DNA of 34,358 nucleotides from Marinobacter sp. (GCA_046498485.1 JAWOAO010000057.1:1-34358); one strand, 5' to 3'. Positions 1-10,016 are shown, counted from the first letter of the stretch. Numbers and translations: made by a program. The notes: generated by a model not told the origin, from the letters alone.

Positions 1-76
1 CCCGCCTCGATCCCTTCCGCCCCTCCGGTGCACGACCGCACATTTCACCTGGTTCCACGCGCCCCCTAAGGCCCGG

Positions 77-613
77 TCACAGGCCTCGGGCCTTCACGTA
101 GTCATCAACCTCGACGTTGATTCGAATCTCCTCCACGCTGAACACCGCCCAGGGGCTGCCTTCATCGTACCAGGTGACCGCGCTGGCTATGGGCACCGGA
201 TTGCCGTCGATGTCACCCCACTCCAGGATCTCATTGATCCACAGAGTCTTGCTGTCGCTATCGGTCCCCTTGTAGCGCATCGACTCCAGGAGGCGCACCA
301 GGCCGGTGTCGGGATCGAAGCGGGCTACAAACCGCTGCTCCTCCTCGCCGAAGGGCACCACCAGGACGGACGTCTCCTCATCGATGGCATGCCAGCGCAC
401 GCGTGGGCCGGCGATCAGGATCGAGGGTGCCCAAAATGACTCGGCCCATAGCGCCAGATTGGCGCCCTGATCGACCTGCGGTCCCTCCTCAACCCCGAAT
501 GGCAGATCCAGGCGGCTCCTGCCGTTCAGATAGTGCTCGTTGACCCTCATCAGCGGTAGGCCGAAGAGCGTCGTCTCAATATAGTGGCGGTAGTCCTGCC
601 CGGCGACGTGGAA
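77..613 (-). CDS. 5'-truncated DUF6544-like protein (foreign-looking fragment)
   Basis: The frame of ORF 77..550 continues upstream as FHVAGQDYRHYIETTLFGLPL-MRVNEHY to about 613, then loses protein-like character and reaches a stop near 712 with no start codon. Hand count gives about 63% GC over 1-600 and Glu is mostly GAG. Family recognised from memory. Confidence 0.55.
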   Translation of the reverse strand, partial: FHVAGQDYRHYIETTLFGLPLMRVNEHYLNGRSRLDLPFGVEEGPQVDQGANLALWAESFWAPSILIAGPRVRWHAIDEETSVLVVPFGEEEQRFVARFDPDTGLVRLLESMRYKGTDSDSKTLWINEILEWGDIDGNPVPIASAVTWYDEGSPWAVFSVEEIRINVEVDDYVKARGL

Positions 614-693
614 TGCCGGCGGCCAGAGTGCTGGGTGAAATGAACCAGCGCCAGTTTCTGGACCATCTCGGCAAGGTCGCTCAGGGAAGCTGA
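613..693 (+). pseudogene. 3' fragment of a DsbD-like protein-disulfide reductase (end of C-terminal thioredoxin domain)
   Basis: Translates as MPAARVLGEMNQRQFLDHLGKVAQGS*, which resembles the DsbD C-terminal pattern R-V-x-G-E-M-x-x-x-x-F-L-x-H-L. It stops 9 nt from the convergent tusA stop, and its upstream coding sequence is absent. Confidence 0.5.
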
Positions 694-702
694 ACCTGAA
701 AA

Positions 703-945
703 TCAGGTATCACAACGGCGGATCAGAAAATGATATTCCCCGTCCAATTCCCGGTGGCTCAGCAACTCATGACCCAGGAACTGACAGAAACGGGGAATGT
801 CACGAGTGGTCGAGGGGTCTGTCGCGATCACGCGCAGCACCTCACCCACCTGAACGTCAAGGATGCGATTGTGCAGCATCATCACAGGTTCCGGGCAGAA
901 CAGCCCGCGCGTGTCCAGTTCTGCGTTGAAGTCAAAAGCAGTCAC
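703..945 (-). CDS. tusA: Sulfur carrier protein TusA
   Basis: 80 aa, GTG start, [11 protein letters not shown] (CPxP) motif, followed by [12 protein letters not shown]. Confidence 0.93.
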   Translation of the reverse strand: MTAFDFNAELDTRGLFCPEPVMMLHNRILDVQVGEVLRVIATDPSTTRDIPRFCQFLGHELLSHRELDGEYHFLIRRCDT

Positions 946-1027
946 AACAGCTTCCTCCAGTTCTCGTGATTTACAGATTCAAGTGGTAAATTATTGTTTA
1001 CAGCAACGAAATGAAAGGACAAATTGC

Positions 1028-1321
1028 ATGATCCGGGTTTTGATTGAACGCCACATCGCAGAATCTCTGGAATCGGCCTATGAGGAAAGATCCAGAAAAG
1101 TACTGCAACAGGCCGTCGCAACACCAGGTTTTGTTTCCGGTGAAACACTGGTCGACAGCCACGACTCGAACCACCGGTTTACCCTGGCCAACTGGCGCTC
1201 TGAGGCCGACTGGCAGCGCTGGCTGCACTCCCGTGAACGGCGTGAGCTGATGACCCAGCTGGTCCCGATGATGGATAGAGACGAGATCATCACCGTGCTT
1301 GAACAAAGCCAGTCCGGCTGA
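1028..1321 (+). CDS. Antibiotic biosynthesis monooxygenase (ABM) family protein
   Basis: ATG at 1028 after GAAAGGA; 97 aa MIRVLIERHI...PGFVSGETL...WRSEADWQRWLHS, a typical ABM pattern. Confidence 0.8.
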   Translation: MIRVLIERHIAESLESAYEERSRKVLQQAVATPGFVSGETLVDSHDSNHRFTLANWRSEADWQRWLHSRERRELMTQLVPMMDRDEIITVLEQSQSG

Positions 1322-1331
1322 GCCAACAGGC

Positions 1332-2408
1332 TCAGTCCAATCGCTCGATAAAACAGGTAATTTCTTCTCGGTCGTGATAAAGGTGGCGGGCTCGTATCCG
1401 GCAATGCAGGCCCGCCTCTTCCAACCCCTCAACCAGCAATGCCTGGCACACCAGCCACTCGTCATAGCGCTTCTTCATCGGCAGCTTCAGGTTAAACACC
1501 GTATAGCGGCACAGCTTGCTGGCCATCCAGTCCACGACCAACCGCGCCGTCCGGCGAGGCTTGTCGACGATATCGCAGACCATCCAGTCGACCGCACGTT
1601 TCGGGCGCCAGCCATAGCCGTCTGCCTCGACATGCTCAACGTGGCCGCTCGCCATCAATTCCGGTTGCATCGGCCCGTTATCAACGGCTATTACCATCAT
1701 GCCCTGGTTGACCAGTTGCCAGGTCCAGCCCCCGGGAGCCGCCCCCAGGTCAACGGCTTTCTTGCCACCGCCCAGGTAATCCAGCCAGCGCTCCCTGGGC
1801 AAAAACACTTTCCAGGCCTCCTCAAGCTTTAACGCCGACCGGCTGGGGGCGGAAGCTGACAACCTGAGCCGTGGCACTCCTCCCTCAAAAGGTGATCGAT
1901 TGCCCGTCAGGCTGAACCCGATCACCACACTCTCGAAATCCAGCAGCAGAATCTCGAGTCGGTCCCGGGCGACTGCACTGGCGTCACCCTGGAGCAGTCC
2001 GGCACTGCGTAAACCCTTTGACAGCGGAGCCATCCATTTTCTGGAAAAGTTGCCCAGATCACGGTCGTCGTTGTTTTCAGGCAACCGCACCTCAACCCGG
2101 GCACAGCGGTTGCCGTCCCAACCCTGATTCCGCAAAAAATCCACCACCGCCCCGACACGATCCTGTGCCGGAAGCTGGCAATCGCCCAGAATGGCAAACC
2201 AATCCCGAACGAACACCAGCTCATCCAGGGCAAGTCGACTCATCAACTCCTCAGAACTCTCCCCACCTCCGATGGAAAACCGGACCAGACCGCTATTGCG
2301 AACCGGTTGAAAAAAACCGAACACACCCACGGCCGCGGCCTGATCCGTCACTTCCTGGCCAGCCTCGGCTTCGAATCCGGGCCGGCATATCAACATTACC
2401 TGTTGCAT
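1332..2408 (-). CDS. rlmM: 23S rRNA (cytidine-2498-2'-O)-methyltransferase RlmM
   Basis: Motifs CRPGFE, APSRSALKLEEA, AVDLGAAPGGWTWQLV, WMVCDIVDKP, LYHDREEIT. Confidence 0.95.
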   Translation of the reverse strand: MQQVMLICRPGFEAEAGQEVTDQAAAVGVFGFFQPVRNSGLVRFSIGGGESSEELMSRLALDELVFVRDWFAILGDCQLPAQDRVGAVVDFLRNQGWDGNRCARVEVRLPENNDDRDLGNFSRKWMAPLSKGLRSAGLLQGDASAVARDRLEILLLDFESVVIGFSLTGNRSPFEGGVPRLRLSASAPSRSALKLEEAWKVFLPRERWLDYLGGGKKAVDLGAAPGGWTWQLVNQGMMVIAVDNGPMQPELMASGHVEHVEADGYGWRPKRAVDWMVCDIVDKPRRTARLVVDWMASKLCRYTVFNLKLPMKKRYDEWLVCQALLVEGLEEAGLHCRIRARHLYHDREEITCFIERLD

Positions 2409-2539
2409 TGATCACCTGTTAAAACCCACAACCGTCAGGAAACTGACACATTGAGGAAGAAGAAACTTGAACCTGCTTAACAGCAGTATTTGTTTACGCT
2501 GGCTACACTTCAGCCTTGATTGTCAACGAGACCGCGTTA

Positions 2540-4432
2540 ATGACGCTCCGATCCTGTGCCCTGCTGTTGCTAGGCGTGCTGGCTTTCGCCGGCACTGTGC
2601 CCAGCCATGGTGCGGCGGCGGAGCTCTGTCCGACGCTCGATGCCGCCAGCCCTGGTGCCCGCCGGGCCATCACCCGGCACTTGTGCTTTTACGCCGCCCG
2701 CCCGGGCGAACCCGCTCACCGGGCAGCTTCACCCGAAGCGTTGCAGGCTGATCTCCGCTGGCAGTCCGCCAATGGCCACGACCTGGTTTTCAGCCATACC
2801 GATTCGGTGTACTGGGTGCAGTTACGGGTGCGCAACGCCAGCGACCGCCAGCATCTCTGGTACCTGAAGCTGAACTACCCGCTGCTCGATGAAGTAACCT
2901 TTTGGCAAGATACCGGCCCCCCCGGTAACAACGGGCGGCCAACAGAAGCGATACCCCCTTTGGTGACCGGCGACCTTTACCCTTTTGCCACGAGAGGCAT
3001 AGATTACCGGTATTTTTTACTCCCGGTCACCCTTGGCGCCTCGGAGAACCGAATCATTACCCTACGGGTTCGAAGCAGCGGTGCCCTCAATGTCCCCCTG
3101 GCATTGTTGACGCCGGACGAGGTAATTGCTGACAGCAATCATTTGACGTTGATTCATGGCCTGTTCTATGGAGCACTTTTGATTCTGGCCATGTTCAACC
3201 TGTTGCTGTTTTTCAGCTCGGGCACTCGCTATTATTTTTACAACGCATTTTACATCAGCTCTATGGCGATGTTTCTGTTTGCCATGGGCGGTTTTGCCAA
3301 TCAGTATTTCTGGCCAGAAAGTACCGACCTTGCCAACTTTTCCATTCCGCTGACCCTGGCGCTTTGCGCACTGGCCATGGCACTGTTTGGCTGGTCGTTT
3401 CTGGAAGTGCGCCCAAAAACCATCTCCGAGGCCGTATTGCGAGGGTTGGCGTGGTCTGCAGCCGGCTTTCTGGTGCTGACGTTTTTGCTGCCGTACAACA
3501 AATCCATCCTGCTCAACACCGTTCTGGCCTTGACCGTTATCGTCAGTCTGTTGATGATTGCCACTGCTCGCTGGCAGCAGGGATACCAGCCAGCAGCCTG
3601 GTACCTCGTGGCCTGGATGGTCACGGTGGTTGGCGCTCTGGTTTATGCCATGGCGGCCTTTGGCTATCTGGGTGACTACCTGGCCCGCGAGGTCATGATG
3701 CAGGCCGCCGTCGGCGGACAGGTTGTACTGCTGAATTACGCCATGGTGCAGCGATGGCGCTTGCTGAATCAAAAACTGCTGGACGTCGAGCATCAGGCGC
3801 GCACCGGACTTGAACTGAAAGTACATGAGCGCACGGCCCAGCTCAGAAACACCATGCGGGAACTGGAGCAGGCCAACCAGAAACTCGCGTCGCTCAGTGT
3901 TAACGATGCCCTGACCGGGCTCCACAACCGCCGGCACATGGACAACCTTCTGCCGGAACTGTGCCGCGAAGCACGCAGAACCGGCCAGCCTTTCACACTC
4001 GCCCTGGTCGACGCCGATCATTTCAAACGCATCAACGACACCTGGGGCCACGATTCCGGTGATCAATGTCTGAAGTATATTGCGAACTGCCTTAACCAGC
4101 AGGTCAAGCGCCCCCGTGATGTGGCCATTCGCTTTGGCGGCGAGGAGTTTGCCCTGTTGCTACCTGGCACAGACAGCGCCGGTGGCGCCCAACTGTGCCG
4201 GAACATTCTTGCCGAGATAAGGGCAGCCGGCGTTCTCTCGCCCGGTGGTGAGGTGATCCGGTTAACCGTCAGCGCGGGTGTTGCGGAACTCAACACAAAG
4301 GAACCACCGGAGCAGCTGTTTCGAAGAGCCGATAAGGCGCTGTATCAGTCCAAAGCCGCCGGCCGCGATACCGTCACGCTGGCTCAACCGGAGCTGACGG
4401 AAGAAGGTATCAGTACATCATCCAGAAACTGA
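2540..4432 (+). CDS. 7TMR-DISM sensor diguanylate cyclase (7TMR-DISMED2 + 7TM + GGDEF)
   Basis: Signal peptide, periplasmic domain (YWVQL...LNYPLLDEV), about 7 hydrophobic helices, coiled coil, DALTGLHNRR, RPRD I-site five residues before GGEEF. Start could instead be TTG 2516. Confidence 0.88.
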   Translation: MTLRSCALLLLGVLAFAGTVPSHGAAAELCPTLDAASPGARRAITRHLCFYAARPGEPAHRAASPEALQADLRWQSANGHDLVFSHTDSVYWVQLRVRNASDRQHLWYLKLNYPLLDEVTFWQDTGPPGNNGRPTEAIPPLVTGDLYPFATRGIDYRYFLLPVTLGASENRIITLRVRSSGALNVPLALLTPDEVIADSNHLTLIHGLFYGALLILAMFNLLLFFSSGTRYYFYNAFYISSMAMFLFAMGGFANQYFWPESTDLANFSIPLTLALCALAMALFGWSFLEVRPKTISEAVLRGLAWSAAGFLVLTFLLPYNKSILLNTVLALTVIVSLLMIATARWQQGYQPAAWYLVAWMVTVVGALVYAMAAFGYLGDYLAREVMMQAAVGGQVVLLNYAMVQRWRLLNQKLLDVEHQARTGLELKVHERTAQLRNTMRELEQANQKLASLSVNDALTGLHNRRHMDNLLPELCREARRTGQPFTLALVDADHFKRINDTWGHDSGDQCLKYIANCLNQQVKRPRDVAIRFGGEEFALLLPGTDSAGGAQLCRNILAEIRAAGVLSPGGEVIRLTVSAGVAELNTKEPPEQLFRRADKALYQSKAAGRDTVTLAQPELTEEGISTSSRN

Positions 4433-5052
4433 CGGGATTCCCGTGCCGCCCGCTCGATCAGATCCGCCTGTCGCTCGGGTTGTTTTACCAGCGTCTGAAA
4501 ATCGTGGTTGCCGCCGGCGAGCCAACACCACCGGGAAACACCGGCAATGCCCCCCCGGGCCTGAATCTCGTCGAGCTTACCGAAAGGGTCGCGGGTGCCC
4601 TGCACCATCATTAACGGGCAGCCAACCGACGACAAATGCTCGATTCGCCAACGCTCGAGCTTGCCTGGAGGGTGAAAGGGATAGCCAAAGCAGATCACCG
4701 CGGCCGGCTTTTCGGCAGCTTCACTGGCAAGCATCGAGGCAACCCGCCCGCCCATGGATTTTCCGGCGATCATTATGCGGCAATCCGGCGAGCTTTCCTG
4801 TTGCACCCGGCCAAGCTGTTCCCGGAAAGATTCGAGTAACACCGGTATCCGGTCAGGCGGGCGCTTCCTGCCGTCTTGCCGACGCCGAACCATATACGGA
4901 AACTCGAACCGAACCGTCGCTACCCCTTGCCGGTCAAGCGCTGCGGCTAACTGCTCCATAAACGGCGAATCCATCGGAGCACCAGCTCCATGAGCCAGTA
5001 ACATGACTCTGTTGCCGGCGCGGCCATAGCTATTGGTCGTAATCCGGTTCAC
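4384..5052 (-). CDS. Alpha/beta hydrolase (KANSL3/TEX30-like)
   Basis: LAHGAGAPMDS, GKSMGG nucleophile elbow, GYPFHPPG, QGTRDPFG, GGNHDF. Likely GTG start at 5052 after GAAGGA. Confidence 0.85.
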   Translation of the reverse strand: MNRITTNSYGRAGNRVMLLAHGAGAPMDSPFMEQLAAALDRQGVATVRFEFPYMVRRRQDGRKRPPDRIPVLLESFREQLGRVQQESSPDCRIMIAGKSMGGRVASMLASEAAEKPAAVICFGYPFHPPGKLERWRIEHLSSVGCPLMMVQGTRDPFGKLDEIQARGGIAGVSRWCWLAGGNHDFQTLVKQPERQADLIERAARESRQFLDDVLIPSSVSSG

Positions 5053-5172
5053 ATCCTTCGCCTCGCTGCTCTGAAGGGGTATAATTGATGAACCGGAGAA
5101 AACCTTCAACCCCTTTGAGCGGGCTGCTATTAACGATGCAAGTTACTGGCCAACCTGCTGATTCCGGCCAAT

Positions 5173-5231
5173 TTGACGAATGTCAGGAGTTGACCTGAAT
5201 CATTGCAAAGGCCTAATCGTTTCTCCATACT
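5173..5231 (+). promoter_or_regulatory. FNR/Anr-type boxes and -10 element of the cco promoter
   Basis: TTGAC-gaat-GTCAG (5173-5186) and TTGAC-ctga-ATCAT (5190-5203). CATACT (5226-5231) lies 22 nt after the second box, matching class II (-41.5) geometry. Confidence 0.7.
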
Positions 5232-5273
5232 TGCCTCCGCATATTTCCCCATCCTAAACCCATTGGTAAGGCT

Positions 5274-6704
5274 ATGAGCACAGTAAATCCGAACCTGACA
5301 TACAACTACAAAGTGGTGAGACAATTCACCATTATGACAGTGGTGTGGGGTATTGTTGGCATGGCTCTGGGTGTGCTGATTGCAGCACAGCTGGTTTGGC
5401 CATCCGTCAATCTCGACCTGCCCTGGACCCACTTCGGTCGACTTCGGCCGCTGCATACCAACGCCGTCATCTTCGGCTTTGGCGGAAGTGCCCTGTTTGC
5501 CACCGCGTATTACGTGGTTCAGCGGACCTGCCAGGCCCGCCTGTTCTCCGACGGCCTGGCGGCATTCACCTTCTGGGGCTGGCAGGCAATCATTGTATCT
5601 GCTGCCATCACCCTGCCAATGGGCCTGACGTCCACCAAAGAATACGCCGAACTGGAATGGCCGATCGACATCGCCATCACCATTGTCTGGGTCGCTTACG
5701 CGCTGGTATTCTTCGGCACCATCATGAAGCGCAGCACGCCGCACATCTATGTGGCTAACTGGTTCTACGGCGCGTTCATTATTACCATTGCGGTTCTGCA
5801 TATCGGCAACAACCTGGCGCTGCCGGCAACCGCCTTTAAGTCCTACTCTGCCTACGCCGGTGTCACCGACGCCATGATGCAGTGGTGGTACGGTCACAAT
5901 GCGGTAGGCTTCTTCCTGACCGCCGGCTTCCTGGGCATGATGTACTACTTCGTTCCCAAGCAGGCCAACCGTCCGGTTTATTCCTATCGCCTGTCCATCG
6001 TGCACTTCTGGGCACTGATCACCACCTATGTCTGGGCCGGTGGTCACCACCTGCACTACTCGGCCCTGCCTGACTGGGCACAGACAGCAGCCATGGTTAT
6101 GTCCCTGATACTGCTGGCTCCGTCCTGGGGCGGCATGATCAACGGCATGATGACGCTGTCTGGTGCATGGCACAAACTGCGCACAGACCCGATCCTGCGC
6201 TTCCTGGTGGTGTCTCTGTCCTTTTACGGCATGTCGACCTTCGAAGGACCGATGATGTCCATCAAGACCGTAAACGCACTGTCTCACAATACTGACTGGA
6301 CCATTGGCCACGTGCACTCAGGCGCTCTGGGCTGGGTTGCCATGATCAGTATCGGTGCCATCTACCACCTGGTGCCCAAGCTTTGGGGTCTGCAGGGCAT
6401 GTACAGCACCGCCATGATCAACGTGCACTTCTGGCTGGCGACCGTCGGGACGGTTCTTTACATCGTCGCGATGTGGGTCAACGGCATTATGCAAGGCCTG
6501 ATGTGGCGCGCGGTCAATGAAGACGGCACGCTGACCTACAGCTTCGTCGAATCTCTTGAAGCGTCCTACCCGGGTTACTTTGTACGCTTCATCGGTGGCG
6601 TCATCTTCCTGAGCGGCATGCTGATCATGGCGTACAACGTGTACATGACCGTACGCCAGAAAGAAGCCGCAGCGCAGGACAACACTGCTGTGCAAGCGGC
6701 GTAA
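5274..6704 (+). CDS. ccoN: cbb3-type cytochrome c oxidase subunit I
   Basis: [48 protein letters not shown]. Confidence 0.98.
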   Translation: MSTVNPNLTYNYKVVRQFTIMTVVWGIVGMALGVLIAAQLVWPSVNLDLPWTHFGRLRPLHTNAVIFGFGGSALFATAYYVVQRTCQARLFSDGLAAFTFWGWQAIIVSAAITLPMGLTSTKEYAELEWPIDIAITIVWVAYALVFFGTIMKRSTPHIYVANWFYGAFIITIAVLHIGNNLALPATAFKSYSAYAGVTDAMMQWWYGHNAVGFFLTAGFLGMMYYFVPKQANRPVYSYRLSIVHFWALITTYVWAGGHHLHYSALPDWAQTAAMVMSLILLAPSWGGMINGMMTLSGAWHKLRTDPILRFLVVSLSFYGMSTFEGPMMSIKTVNALSHNTDWTIGHVHSGALGWVAMISIGAIYHLVPKLWGLQGMYSTAMINVHFWLATVGTVLYIVAMWVNGIMQGLMWRAVNEDGTLTYSFVESLEASYPGYFVRFIGGVIFLSGMLIMAYNVYMTVRQKEAAAQDNTAVQAA

Positions 6705-6717
6705 GGGGAGAGATCAG

Positions 6718-7326
6718 ATGAGACACGAGATAGTAGAAAAGAATATTGGTCTGATGATCGTACTGATCGTACTGGTTATCAGTGGCGGCTTCCTGGCGGA
6801 AGTGGTGCCTCTGTTCTTCCAGAAAGATGTCAACGAGCCAATTGAAGGCCTCGAGCCTTTGAATGCGCTGGAACTGGAAGGTCGGGATATCTATATCCGT
6901 GAAGGTTGTCACGTGTGCCACACGCAGCAGATTCGTCCGTTCCGGGCGGAAACCGAGCGCTACGGCCACTACTCCGTTGCTGGCGAGTTCGTTTACGATC
7001 GCCCGTTCCTGTGGGGCTCCAAGCGTACCGGGCCTGACCTGGCCCGTGTCGGCGGTCGTTACTCAGATGCCTGGCAGCGCCAGCATCTGTACAACCCGCG
7101 CAGCGTGGTGCCCGAGTCCAACATGCCAGCTTTCCCGTGGCTGTTCGAGAATCGCGCAGATCACAACAGCATCGAGGCTCGCATGAGCACACTGCAAACA
7201 CTCGGCGTTCCCTACACGGACGAGCAAGTTGCCAGTGCTGCCTCAGATATCGAGGGCAAGTTTGAAATCGAAGCACTCGTCGCATACCTGCAACAGCTGG
7301 GTACTGTGATTTCGGACAGGCGTTAA
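6718..7326 (+). CDS. ccoO: cbb3-type cytochrome c oxidase subunit II
   Basis: [14 protein letters not shown] heme motif; [14 protein letters not shown]. Confidence 0.98.
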   Translation: MRHEIVEKNIGLMIVLIVLVISGGFLAEVVPLFFQKDVNEPIEGLEPLNALELEGRDIYIREGCHVCHTQQIRPFRAETERYGHYSVAGEFVYDRPFLWGSKRTGPDLARVGGRYSDAWQRQHLYNPRSVVPESNMPAFPWLFENRADHNSIEARMSTLQTLGVPYTDEQVASAASDIEGKFEIEALVAYLQQLGTVISDRR

Positions 7327-7330
7327 TCCC

Positions 7331-7516
7331 ATGGATATTAACGATCTACGCGGCGTTCACTCTCTTGTCATAATGGTGTTATTTCTTGGCATCGTCTGGT
7401 GGGCCTACAGCGCCCGCCGCAAGAAAGCCAATGACGAGGCAGCCCATCTGCCCTTCGACGATGACGAAGTGGAAAAGCGTACTCTCGAACAGGAAAAAAC
7501 GGAGAAGAAACAATGA
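7331..7516 (+). CDS. ccoQ: cbb3-type cytochrome c oxidase subunit CcoQ
   Basis: 61 aa, one TM helix, WWAYS...EAAHLPF; lies between ccoO and ccoP with an ATGA overlap into ccoP. Confidence 0.93.
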   Translation: MDINDLRGVHSLVIMVLFLGIVWWAYSARRKKANDEAAHLPFDDDEVEKRTLEQEKTEKKQ

Positions 7517-8403
7517 GTACCTTCTGGAGCATCTGGATCAGCGTGATCGTGCTCGGTACCATCTTCGGCTGTGTCTGGCTCCTCTGGGCCACTCGCAAGA
7601 GCCAAACGACGGATACCGAAACCGACCGCACAATGGGTCATTCTTTTGACGGCATCGAAGAATATGATAATCCACTGCCGAAGTGGTGGTTTTACATGTT
7701 CCTCGCGACCTGCATATTTGGTCTTGGCTATCTGGCGCTTTACCCGGGCCTGGGCAACTTCCAGGGCCTGCTGGGCTGGACCTCGACCAATCAGTGGGAA
7801 GCCGAGGTCGCGGCAGCTGACGAGAAATTTGGCGAAATCTACGCACAGTTCGGCAGCACACCGATCCCGGCACTGGCTCAGAACGACGATGCCATGAAGA
7901 TCGGTCAGCGCCTGTATGCCAACAACTGCTCTGTGTGCCACGGCACCGCAGCGCGCGGCCAGGTGGGCTTCCCCAACCTGACCGACGATGACTGGTTGTG
8001 GGGCGGTGAGCCGGAGCAGATTTTGCACAGCCTGGTCCAGGGTCGTCAGGGCAATATGCCGGCCAAAGGCGTCATGCCCAATATGACTGCCCAGCAGGTT
8101 GACCAGGTAGTAAACTTCGTGCTCAGTTACAGCGATCGTGAGCTCGACGCTCAGGCCGCAGAAGCCGGAGCCCAGGTGTTCGCACAGGCTTGCTCTGCCT
8201 GTCACGGCGCTGACGGCAAAGGTATGACGGCAATGGGAGCGCCCAACCTGACCGATAATGTCTGGCTGTATGGCTCTACCTACGACTGGATCAAGGAAAC
8301 CGTGGTCAACGGTCGCCAGAACCAGATGCCCGCACAGGAAGGTCGTCTCACGGACGATCAGATCCAGATCCTGGCGGCCTACGTGTACAGTTTGTCAAAC
8401 TGA
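7513..8403 (+). CDS. ccoP: cbb3-type cytochrome c oxidase subunit III (diheme)
   Basis: GHSFDGIEEYDNPLPKWW; two CxxCH motifs (CSVCH, CSACH). Confidence 0.98.
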   Translation: MSTFWSIWISVIVLGTIFGCVWLLWATRKSQTTDTETDRTMGHSFDGIEEYDNPLPKWWFYMFLATCIFGLGYLALYPGLGNFQGLLGWTSTNQWEAEVAAADEKFGEIYAQFGSTPIPALAQNDDAMKIGQRLYANNCSVCHGTAARGQVGFPNLTDDDWLWGGEPEQILHSLVQGRQGNMPAKGVMPNMTAQQVDQVVNFVLSYSDRELDAQAAEAGAQVFAQACSACHGADGKGMTAMGAPNLTDNVWLYGSTYDWIKETVVNGRQNQMPAQEGRLTDDQIQILAAYVYSLSN

Positions 8404-8411
8404 GTCAGACC

Positions 8412-8483
8412 GGCCGGGAACGACTCCCGGCCACGTCTTCTCAACCCTGCATCTGCGCCTTGCGGGTGCAGGCTTGAGAAGAC
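8412..8483 (+). other. Two intercistronic stem-loops between ccoP and ccoG
   Basis: GGCCGGGA/TCCCGGCC (8412-8432) and a 49-nt hairpin at 8435-8483 (10-bp stem, one mismatch, then an 11-bp stem with two G-U pairs). No U-tract follows. Confidence 0.7.
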
Positions 8484-8536
8484 CAGCAGACCCTCCGAGG
8501 CCCGCTCCCAGTATTATCACCTTTCGGGAGATACAG

Positions 8537-9973
8537 ATGAGCAATGAAATTCCGGTCAAACAGATTGACCCGTCCTCCGAGCCCTCCAATAATAAAAGCA
8601 AGCCGGAAACCGTGGATCTTTACGCAAGCCGCGAGAAGATCTACGTCAAAGAAATCAAAGGCTTTTTCCAGAAGATTCGCAACGTCAGCCTGACCATGCT
8701 CATGGGCATGTACTTTCTGTTCGTATGGCTGACCCTGGATGGCCAGCCGCTTATTCATTTCGATTTGCCGGCCCGTGAATTCCATCTGTACGGGGTCACC
8801 TTCTTTCCGAAAGACTTCTTCCTGCTGTCAGGGATGCTGATCATCTCGGCTTTTGGCCTGTTCTTTATTACGACTCTGTTCGGACGGGTCTGGTGCGGTT
8901 ATACCTGCCCACAAACCGTGTGGACCTTTATCTTCATGTGGATCGAGGAAAAGGTAGAGGGTAGCCGCAACAAGCGGATGAAGCTGGACAAGGCCCCCAA
9001 TTCTTCAGGGAAGGTCACCAAAAAAGCCATCAAACACGGCTTATGGTTGTTCGTGGCATTGGCCACCGGCCTGACCTTTGTCGGTTATTTCTATCCCATC
9101 CGGGACTTGATCGTTGATATCTTCACCTTTGATGCCAACGGCTGGGCCTATTTCTGGGTCGGCTTCTTTACGGTCGCCACGTATCTGAATGCCGGCTGGA
9201 TGCGTGAGCAGGTGTGCCTGTACATGTGCCCATACGCTCGCTTCCAGTCCGTGATGTTCGATCCGAACACCAAGATCGTGTCTTACGACCCCAATCGTGG
9301 CGAACCCCGTGGCGGCCGCAAAAAATCGGTCGATCCTGCCGAAGCCGGTCTTGGTGACTGCATTGATTGCGGTCTGTGCGTTCAGGTCTGCCCGACCGGC
9401 ATCGATATCCGGGATGGTCTGCAGTATGAATGCATCGGCTGCGCTCTGTGTATTGATGCCTGCGATGAAGTCATGGAAAAAATGAACTATCCGAAAGGTC
9501 TGATCCGATACACCACTGAAAACGAGCTGGAAGGCAAACCTTCCAAGCTGCTTCGGCCCAGAACCTTTGGCTACGGCGCGGTACTTGCGTTGATGATTGG
9601 TGCCATCATCTTTACGATTGCAACGCGGGTACCCGCACAACTGGACATCCTGCGCGACCGGGGCGCCCTGTTCAGCTTCAATGGCGAAGGCCGGGTGGAA
9701 AATTCTTATACCGTCAAGATCCAGAACATGTCAGAAGTACCTCATACGTTTAAACTGAGTGTCGAAGGCATGGATGATATTCGTATTCTGACCACCACTA
9801 CCGTCGTCGTTAACAGTGGCGAAAACCGCACACTGCCCACGGTCGTGGATGTGCCGCCTGAGGCGATCACAGACTCCAACAACACCATCAGGTTTCAAGC
9901 TCAGTCCGAGACGGATTCAACACTGCTCCTGGAAACTGAAAGCCGTTTTGTTGGTCCAAGACCCCGGCAGTAA
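8537..9973 (+). CDS. ccoG: Cytochrome c oxidase accessory protein CcoG/FixG (4Fe-4S, cupric reductase family)
   Basis: ATG 8537 after GGGAG; GRVWCGYTCPQT, CLYMCPY, CIDCGLCVQVCP, CIGCALCIDAC. Confidence 0.95.
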   Translation: MSNEIPVKQIDPSSEPSNNKSKPETVDLYASREKIYVKEIKGFFQKIRNVSLTMLMGMYFLFVWLTLDGQPLIHFDLPAREFHLYGVTFFPKDFFLLSGMLIISAFGLFFITTLFGRVWCGYTCPQTVWTFIFMWIEEKVEGSRNKRMKLDKAPNSSGKVTKKAIKHGLWLFVALATGLTFVGYFYPIRDLIVDIFTFDANGWAYFWVGFFTVATYLNAGWMREQVCLYMCPYARFQSVMFDPNTKIVSYDPNRGEPRGGRKKSVDPAEAGLGDCIDCGLCVQVCPTGIDIRDGLQYECIGCALCIDACDEVMEKMNYPKGLIRYTTENELEGKPSKLLRPRTFGYGAVLALMIGAIIFTIATRVPAQLDILRDRGALFSFNGEGRVENSYTVKIQNMSEVPHTFKLSVEGMDDIRILTTTTVVVNSGENRTLPTVVDVPPEAITDSNNTIRFQAQSETDSTLLLETESRFVGPRPRQ

Positions 9974-10016
9974 TCCGGGCCTCGGATCAAACACATTAAC
10001 CAGAGATTGTTAAGAC

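Noticed and set aside
969-991. ATTTAC-N11-GTAAAT inverted repeat between tusA and the ABM gene
   Set aside because: Short, in AT-rich context, and matches no regulator I recognise.
5130-6317. 395-aa antisense ORF
   Set aside because: Shadow of ccoN on the opposite strand; no recognisable motifs.
8258-8536. 93-aa N-terminal extension of CcoG in the ORF track
   Set aside because: It overlaps ccoP and the hairpins; the RBS supports ATG 8537.
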